Shown here one piece after another: positions 1-5,408 of a stretch of 41,450 bases of DNA. The DNA lies in the NCBI GenBank assembly GCA_900770265.1, contig CAAGJR010000210.1, positions 1 through 41,450 of the forward strand, read 5' to 3'. The stretch is from an uncultured Acidaminococcus sp. GTDB taxonomy: Bacteria; Bacillota; Negativicutes; Acidaminococcales; Acidaminococcaceae. Position 1 is the first letter of the stretch, and every line of letters starts with the position of its first letter. A model generated the notes under the pieces. That model saw nothing but the letters and a program-made list of their open reading frames with translations, was not told where the DNA came from and ran no database searches. A program made the position numbers and the translations under genes.

Positions 1-108
1 CACCTGCGTTTTATGCCAGGCAGAGGCAAGCTCGTAAGCCAGTTCCAATTGTTCTTGTGTGATTTCCGGTTTCTTCTTTTTCTCCGGTAAATCGTATTGG
101 ATATCCAT
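1..108 (-). CDS. Partial CDS running off the left edge; possibly the N-terminus of an HD-domain (SpoT/Mesh1-like) hydrolase
   Basis: Manual translation from ATG at 108: MDIQYDLPEKKKKPEITQEQLELAYELASAWHKTQV. The 'A..A..H..Q' pattern resembles the start of HD_4 domains. No clear RBS. The frame stays open back to the Rpn stop at 181. Confidence 0.4.
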   Translation of the reverse strand, partial: MDIQYDLPEKKKKPEITQEQLELAYELASAWHKTQV

Positions 109-180
109 GATGGTCAGGAAACGAGTGGCCACGGTCTTTTTGAATGGATAAAAACCGGCAGGCCTGGGTCCAGGCTTACC

Positions 181-1050
181 TTACAACACTCCATGCAATT
201 TTCCAATTTTCCGAATCTGCTCCACCGACACTTTTGTGATGCGGGCGATGGTTTCCATAGGAATCTTTTCCCGCAGCATCCCCAGGATGTTACTGTTTTT
301 TTCCTGTTCGATGCCTTCTGTGCGGCCTTCAGCACGGCCTTTTACTAACGCTTTTGCCGCTGCTTCTGTTGCAGCTTCTGCCGCTGCTTCTTCCTGGCGT
401 CTTCTGATTTCATCACTCAAAATCATATATTCTCGCCTCACTTTTTCCAGCCCTTTGACCCGCTGTACCTCCAGATCCACGCTTCGGACAAACTCCCCTT
501 CCGGAGCCTTGCCATCCACGTAACGGAGAAATGCTGCAATATCCGGATCGGCAGCATTCTCACTGCCTTTGCTGTTCAGAAATACACGAGTTTCCTCATC
601 ATCTAATTTTACCGTATTATTTTCTTCACAGCAATGTGTGAACGTGTAAATGGGCAGATTTGCACCAAAAGGATCAAACGTACAGATAAAAATCACATAG
701 GACGGGTTCAGATTCTCATACTTCTCCCCTTTGCCCAGCAGTTCCATATCAATCATGGACTGGTAGAAACGGCTGCGCTTGGCCAGTCCATTGTTGGGGG
801 CATTGGTGCACTGCATTTCGATGTCGTACACCCGGCCTTCCTTGTCTTCCACGTAAACATCAAGCCGGATGCCTTTGCTGACCAGCCCCATATTGATGGT
901 CTTTTCGTAATCCTGGTAATGTAAGTCCTGAATTTTGATCTGCAAAATTTTCTCAATCATATACTTGCAGATTCTCTTGTTCCGAAGAACACACTGGAAC
1001 ATGAAATTGTCCAGAAAGGTCAGTTCTTCAAAAGGTTTGATTTTTTCCAT
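181..1050 (-). CDS. Rpn/YhgA-like PD-(D/E)XK recombination-promoting nuclease (putative transposase family)
   Basis: Motifs DNFMF, GIRLDVYV..DIEMQ and KRSRFY; C-terminal EG-rich repeat and IARITKVSVEQI helix. AAGGAGG RBS precedes ATG at 1050 (MEKIKPFEEL), so the ORF-track start at 1185 is too long. Confidence 0.9.
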   Translation of the reverse strand: MEKIKPFEELTFLDNFMFQCVLRNKRICKYMIEKILQIKIQDLHYQDYEKTINMGLVSKGIRLDVYVEDKEGRVYDIEMQCTNAPNNGLAKRSRFYQSMIDMELLGKGEKYENLNPSYVIFICTFDPFGANLPIYTFTHCCEENNTVKLDDEETRVFLNSKGSENAADPDIAAFLRYVDGKAPEGEFVRSVDLEVQRVKGLEKVRREYMILSDEIRRRQEEAAAEAATEAAAKALVKGRAEGRTEGIEQEKNSNILGMLREKIPMETIARITKVSVEQIRKIGKLHGVL

Positions 1051-1162
1051 GGATGATACCTCCTTACAGTTACGATAGAGATACCATTCGACATGAAAAT
1101 GACCCTCCCTGCATGCCTGCAAAAAGAAGGTCATTATCTGCAATTTTCCTGCAATTTCGTGA

Positions 1163-1264
1163 AAAGCTCTGCCGGTGACTGCCATCTATGGGGCCAAGGT
1201 AACGGATGTGAAGGAAATCCTGACCCAGAGCATCGAACGGCTGCGCATGGCAATGAGGAAGTGA
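1163..1264 (+). pseudogene. Probable 3' remnant of a gene (KALPVTAIYGAKVTDVKEILTQSIERLRMAMRK*)
   Basis: Host-like codon usage (CTG, ATC, GCC, ACC), preceded by an in-frame TGA at 1160-1162, no RBS, followed directly by a terminator. Confidence 0.4.
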
Positions 1265-1265
1265 G

Positions 1266-1307
1266 GAAAAACGGGACTACCGCATGGTTGCGGTGGTCCC
1301 GTTTTTT
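1266..1307 (+). terminator. Intrinsic terminator
   Basis: AAAAACGGGACTACCGCA-TGGT-TGCGGTGGTCCCGTTTTTT. Confidence 0.75.
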
Positions 1308-1407
1308 GCGTGGGTCGGGCGGTACGTTGCTTGTCCAAGCAGAGTGCGTACAAGGGCAAGGAGCCGTGAGCCACGGGCCGGATTTGGCTGAGCAGGCCTG
1401 CGGCCCT

Positions 1408-1465
1408 GTCACTGGTCACTGGCCGATGGATAGGACCTGCTCTATTTTGGGGGCAGGTCCTTTTT
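1408..1465 (+). repeat. Truncated heptamer module (GTCACTG)2-GCCGATGGA followed by a terminator hairpin
   Basis: Matches the GTCACTA-GCCGATGGA core of the copies near 12170 and 21243; AGGACCTGC...GCAGGTCCT plus T-tract follows. Confidence 0.6.
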
Positions 1466-1524
1466 GAATGGAAGACGTTACGGGCGGAGTTGCATCCGTT
1501 ACGGTCGTACCATCGGCGTTCGGG

Positions 1525-1966
1525 GGCGGGCTTACCGTTGGTAAGCCCCTACGGATACTGGGGTTGTCTGTTCGATGAGAGGCCGACCTTTCGTTGTACA
1601 CCCAAACTGTAGGGGTCGATCGTTGTGATCGACCCGCCACAAAACGTTCCACCCCGACAACAGGTGCCCAATGCCCCTGGGCATTGGGCTTCCTGGGTGG
1701 GCGGATCGCCGATCCGCCCCTACGATAAAAAACAAAAAATCACCAGCTGATATTCTGAAGCTAGGCTACAATTGCCCTTGACAGAATACCACACTGGTGA
1801 TTTCTTTGATGCTAGTATACCAATTAATAGAAATTTAATCAAGCGAATCAAGCAAACGGCAACTTCAGTAAAGGCAGAAACTACCTTAGCAGGCTTGCCG
1901 CCGGGCATTTGGCAACCTTTTGCCCGCCAGGGCAAAAAAGCGGGCTCATCACCGATCCGCCCCTAC
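1525..1966. repeat. Cluster of four short GTAG-REP-like palindromes (1525-1552 -, 1609-1638 +, 1696-1723 -, 1940-1966 -)
   Basis: Each reads GTAG-GGG[arm]-loop-[arm']CCC-GCC, e.g. GTAGGGGTCGATC-GTTGT-GATCGACCCGCC. An extra hairpin GCCCAATGCC..GGCATTGGGC lies between copies 2 and 3. Confidence 0.8.
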
Positions 1967-1995
1967 ATTCTAAAATTTGCCACAGGCAAATTTTA

Positions 1996-2025
1996 TCCAT
2001 CAGCGTATGACGTATGACGTATGAC
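1996..2025 (-). repeat. Heptamer tandem repeat (GTCATAC)3-GCTGATGGA
   Basis: Plus strand reads tccatcagcgtatgacgtatgacgtatgac. Confidence 0.8.
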
Positions 2026-2064
2026 AAAAAATGCTGTGAGAACCCATTGTCTCACAGCATTTTT
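2026..2064 (-). terminator. Terminator of the nitroreductase gene
   Basis: AAAAAATGCTGTGAG...CTCACAGCATTTTT inverted repeat with A/T tails. Confidence 0.75.
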
Positions 2065-2069
2065 CTCCC

Positions 2070-2585
2070 TTACAGCACTTTCACCAGCTCGTCGTTGCTT
2101 CTCCGCTCGTTGTGGAGATGGGCAGCGTGCACCCCTTCGGCCGCATACCCGATGGGCATCAGCAGCAGAGGCACTTCGTTCAGTTCCAGGCCGAAGGCGT
2201 CAGCCGTCTTCGTCACCGGGAAGAAGTTCACCCAGCAGGAGCCGATGCCCAGGTCCCAGGCTTCCAGCATCATATGGGTGGCCACGATGCTGGCGTCCTG
2301 TTCCCCGGCCCGGATACTGTGTTCGAACGGGTTCACCCATTCCTCATCCTTGCGCACGGTCACCATGAGCACCACCGGTGCATTGAAGGCGCAGCGGGTC
2401 AGGCCGCGGATTTTTTCCAGGGCTTCCGGGCTCTGCAGCACGTACACCCGGTAGGGCTGGTAGTTGTGCCCGGTGGGGGCGATGCGCCCGGCTTCTAGGA
2501 TGGCATCCAGTTTTTCCTTTTCAATGGGTTTGTCGCTGAATTTCCGTACCGAATATCTGGCTTTGGCCAGCTCCATAAATGTCAT
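2070..2585 (-). CDS. Nitroreductase family protein
   Basis: ARYSVRKF, APTGHNYQP and LGIGSCW motifs; GAAAGGA RBS before ATG 2585. Confidence 0.92.
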   Translation of the reverse strand: MTFMELAKARYSVRKFSDKPIEKEKLDAILEAGRIAPTGHNYQPYRVYVLQSPEALEKIRGLTRCAFNAPVVLMVTVRKDEEWVNPFEHSIRAGEQDASIVATHMMLEAWDLGIGSCWVNFFPVTKTADAFGLELNEVPLLLMPIGYAAEGVHAAHLHNERRSNDELVKVL

Positions 2586-2609
2586 TGTGATCATCCTTTC
2601 CAAGTTGAT

Positions 2610-2658
2610 GGCGGGCGCACCGGGCGACATCGCTGCGCGAGTCTTGGTGCGCCCCTAC
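2610..2658 (-). repeat. Long-form GTAG-REP-like element
   Basis: GTAG GGGCGCACC AA GAC TCGC GCA GCGA T GTC GCCC GGTGCGCCC GCC on the minus strand. Confidence 0.8.
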
Positions 2659-2707
2659 GGGTTTTTTCCTTCGGCTCGTGGCTCGTGACAGCGGCGTCAG
2701 CCGCCAA

Positions 2708-3526
2708 TTACCAGCTCAATACCTCCGGTTCGCCTTCCGTGATCAGCAGGGTGTGTTCCCACTGGGCGCTGTCCTTGCCGTCGGCGGTGTGCACAGTCCA
2801 GCCGTTCATTTCGTCGATCCACAGGTCCGCCGTGCCTTCGTTGATCATGGGCTCGATGGTGATCACCATGCCCGGCACCAGCAGCATGCCCGTCTTCCGT
2901 TTGCCGAAATGGGCCACGAACGGATCTTCATGCATTTCCAGGCCCACGCCGTGGCCGCCGAAATCCCGTACCACGCTGTAGCCGTGCTTCTGGGCGAATT
3001 GCTGGATGGCTGCCCCGATATCCCCCAGGGTGTTCTTCCAGCCCACGGCGTTTTCCATGCCCCGCTTCAGACATTCCTTCGTGATGCCCACCAGGTTCTT
3101 CCGGGGAGCGGACACCCGGCCCAGCATGAACATCCGGGAAGCGTCGCCCACATAGCCGTTGTAGATGGTGGTGGCATCCACGTTCACGATATCCCCGCTC
3201 TTCAGCACCTGATGGGGATCCGGGATGCCGTGGCAGATCACGTCGTTCACGGACGTGCACACGGATTTGGGGAACCCTTCGTAGTTCAGACAGGCCGGAA
3301 TGGCCTTCAGCTTCATGGTGGTGTCATAGACGATGGTGTTGATGTCGTCCGTGGTCATGCCCACCTTGATGTTCTTTTCCACGGCGTCCAGCACTTCTGA
3401 GTTCACCTTGCCGGCCACCCGGATGCCCTCGATCTGTTCCGGGGTCTTGATCATATCCATACGGGGCACTTCGTACCCTTTGGCTGCATACTCCATGAGT
3501 TTCAGTTTCAGTTCGCTTCTATCCAA
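2708..3526 (-). CDS. map: Type I methionine aminopeptidase
   Basis: CTSVNDVICHGIP, GHGVGLEMHE, IEPM and SAQWEHT motifs; AAGGAGG RBS before TTG at 3526. Confidence 0.95.
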   Translation of the reverse strand: MDRSELKLKLMEYAAKGYEVPRMDMIKTPEQIEGIRVAGKVNSEVLDAVEKNIKVGMTTDDINTIVYDTTMKLKAIPACLNYEGFPKSVCTSVNDVICHGIPDPHQVLKSGDIVNVDATTIYNGYVGDASRMFMLGRVSAPRKNLVGITKECLKRGMENAVGWKNTLGDIGAAIQQFAQKHGYSVVRDFGGHGVGLEMHEDPFVAHFGKRKTGMLLVPGMVITIEPMINEGTADLWIDEMNGWTVHTADGKDSAQWEHTLLITEGEPEVLSW

Positions 3527-3759
3527 CCTGCATCCTCCTTTGCCGGAAATCCAGCGGATTCCCGTTTTTCTATTCAAATTTACGCCAAAATACGATATAA
3601 TATGGCTTTGTCGCAGGCATGCCGTCAGGCACCCTGCGTTCCATTATAACATAAATTTTGTATAAGTGTTTTGCTTTTGTTTTCAGTTTGTTTATGGACC
3701 TTTCCTATACTATAGGAAAGGAATCTTCGGAAAGAAGAGAAAAAGGAAGGTAAGGTATC

Positions 3760-4656
3760 ATGGATCTGTTCCTGAATATGGTGCGGGGCTTCTGCATGGC
3801 CCTGGCCGACAGTGTCCCCGGGGTCTCCGGCGGGACCATTGCGTTTGTGCTGGGTTTCTACGATGAATTCATCGGCTCCCTGTACGTGCTCACCCACGGC
3901 ACGCTGGAGCTGAAAAAGGAAGCCATCCGGTTCCTGGGGAAACTGGGCCTGGGCTGGGTCATCGGCATGGGGTCTTCGGTGCTGGTGATTGCCAGCCTGT
4001 TCACCACCCACATCTACCAGCTCAGTTCCCTGTTCCTGGGCTTCTCCATTTTTTCCCTTCCCCTCATTATTAAGGAAGAAAAAGAGTGCCTGCAGCGGAC
4101 CAGCCGGATCATCTTCATGATTCTGGGCATCGTGCTGGTGCTGGTGATTGCCGCAGTGAACCCCACCGGGGGCCAGGGCACCAACGTGGAAATCGGGTCC
4201 CTGTCGCCGCTTCTGGCCGGGTACATCTTCGTGTGCGCCATGATTGCCATCTGCGCCATGGTGCTGCCGGGCATCAGCGGGTCCACCATGCTGCTGATCT
4301 TCGGGCTGTACGTGCCCATCATCAGCGCCATCAAGGAATTCCTGCACATGAACCTGTCCTACTTCCCGGTGCTGTGCATCTTTGGGTGCGGCGTCATCGC
4401 CGGCATCGTGGGCATCATCAAGCTGGTGAAGAATGCACTGGACAACCACCGGGCCGCCATGGTGTACTTCATCCTGGGCCTGATGGTGGGTTCCCTGTAC
4501 GCCATCGCCCAGGGCCCCACCACCCTGAAGGTGCCCCAGCCCGCCCTTTCCTGGGATACGTTCTACGTATTCTGGTTCCTGATGGGCGGCGTCTTTCTGG
4601 CCGCTTTGAACGGGTTGAAAGCCTTCACGGAAAAGAAGCTGAATCCGGAACAATAA
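3760..4656 (+). CDS. DUF368 membrane protein (family implicated in undecaprenyl-phosphate recycling)
   Basis: Duplicated motifs ADSVPGVSGGT and AMVLPGISGS; multiple hydrophobic segments. Confidence 0.9.
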   Translation: MDLFLNMVRGFCMALADSVPGVSGGTIAFVLGFYDEFIGSLYVLTHGTLELKKEAIRFLGKLGLGWVIGMGSSVLVIASLFTTHIYQLSSLFLGFSIFSLPLIIKEEKECLQRTSRIIFMILGIVLVLVIAAVNPTGGQGTNVEIGSLSPLLAGYIFVCAMIAICAMVLPGISGSTMLLIFGLYVPIISAIKEFLHMNLSYFPVLCIFGCGVIAGIVGIIKLVKNALDNHRAAMVYFILGLMVGSLYAIAQGPTTLKVPQPALSWDTFYVFWFLMGGVFLAALNGLKAFTEKKLNPEQ

Positions 4657-4657
4657 A

Positions 4658-4775
4658 GGAATGGGAAAATAAATTTTCCCATTCCGTCACTAGTCACTAG
4701 TCACTGGTCACTAGATGAAGGAAACCAGCTTCGCTGGTAAATAAAAAGAACTGCCACCCGGCAGTTCTTTTTTTT
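4658..4775 (+). repeat. Gene-end hairpin, then heptamer module (GTCACTA)4 with ACCAGC/GCTGGT hairpin, then terminator
   Basis: Hairpin 4658-4685, repeats from 4686, hairpin to 4740, then AAAAAGAACTGCC..GGCAGTTCTTTTTTT at 4743-4775. Confidence 0.8.
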
Positions 4776-4787
4776 GTCACATACCCA

Positions 4788-4816
4788 TTGACTCTATTGT
4801 TAGTATGTGCTAACAT
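4788..4816 (+). promoter_or_regulatory. Sigma-70 promoter of the feo operon with overlapping GTTAG-N6-CTAAC operator
   Basis: TTGACT-17 nt-TAACAT with TG extension; palindrome GTTAGtatgtgCTAAC at 4799-4814. Confidence 0.65.
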
Positions 4817-4868
4817 ACTCTGTATGGAAGTTACATTCCATGAATTCAGTGAGAAAAGAGGTAGCATC

Positions 4869-5081
4869 ATGCCCTTGACATTTGCGGATGAAGGCGTGTC
4901 TCTGACAGTCCAGCGGGTAGGTGGTTCTCCCAAGGTACGGACCCACCTGGAAAACCTGGGCATCACCCAGGGTGCGGTGATCTCCATCGTGCAGCATACC
5001 CCCAGCGGACTCATCCTGAACATCCGGGAATCCCGGGTGGCCATCAGTATGGAAATGGCTGCAAAGATCATGGTTCAATAA
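4869..5081 (+). CDS. feoA: FeoA family protein
   Basis: HLENLGI..G and RVAIS motifs; AGAGG RBS; upstream of feoB. Confidence 0.88.
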   Translation: MPLTFADEGVSLTVQRVGGSPKVRTHLENLGITQGAVISIVQHTPSGLILNIRESRVAISMEMAAKIMVQ

Positions 5082-5100
5082 ATCGTAGGAGGGAAAGTCA

Positions 5101-5328
5101 ATGACTACATTGAAAGATGCCCAGACGGGCAAGGATTACGAAGTCGTGAAACTGCACGGCACCGGTGCCATCAAGCGCCGCATCATGGATATGGGGATCA
5201 CGAAGGGAACCCCGCTGCATATCCGCAAGGTGGCTCCCCTGGGCGATCCTGTGGAAATGACCGTACGCGGTTATGAACTTTCCCTGCGGAAAGCCGACGC
5301 GGAAATGGTCGAAGTGAAGGAATTGTAA
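5101..5328 (+). CDS. feoA: FeoA family protein
   Basis: RRIMDMGITKG, APLGDP and LSLRK motifs. Confidence 0.95.
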   Translation: MTTLKDAQTGKDYEVVKLHGTGAIKRRIMDMGITKGTPLHIRKVAPLGDPVEMTVRGYELSLRKADAEMVEVKEL

Positions 5329-5350
5329 ACTTTACTATTTTTATCATTTT

Positions 5351-5366
5351 GTTAGCGTTTTCTAAC
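5351..5366. promoter_or_regulatory. Second GTTAG-N6-CTAAC palindrome (candidate DtxR/MntR-family metal box)
   Basis: GTTAGcgttttCTAAC upstream of feoB, same geometry as 4799-4814. Confidence 0.6.
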
Positions 5367-5408
5367 TAAATTTTGTTAAAGTGAGATTTGGGAAAGAAGG
5401 TATTTTAC

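Noticed and set aside
181..1050. Rpn gene as an intact insertion sequence
   Set aside because: No terminal inverted repeats or target duplication are visible, and the family is not shown to be a true transposase.
1525..1966. REP cluster as a CRISPR array
   Set aside because: Copies are not identical direct repeats, alternate in orientation, have irregular spacing, and there are no cas genes.
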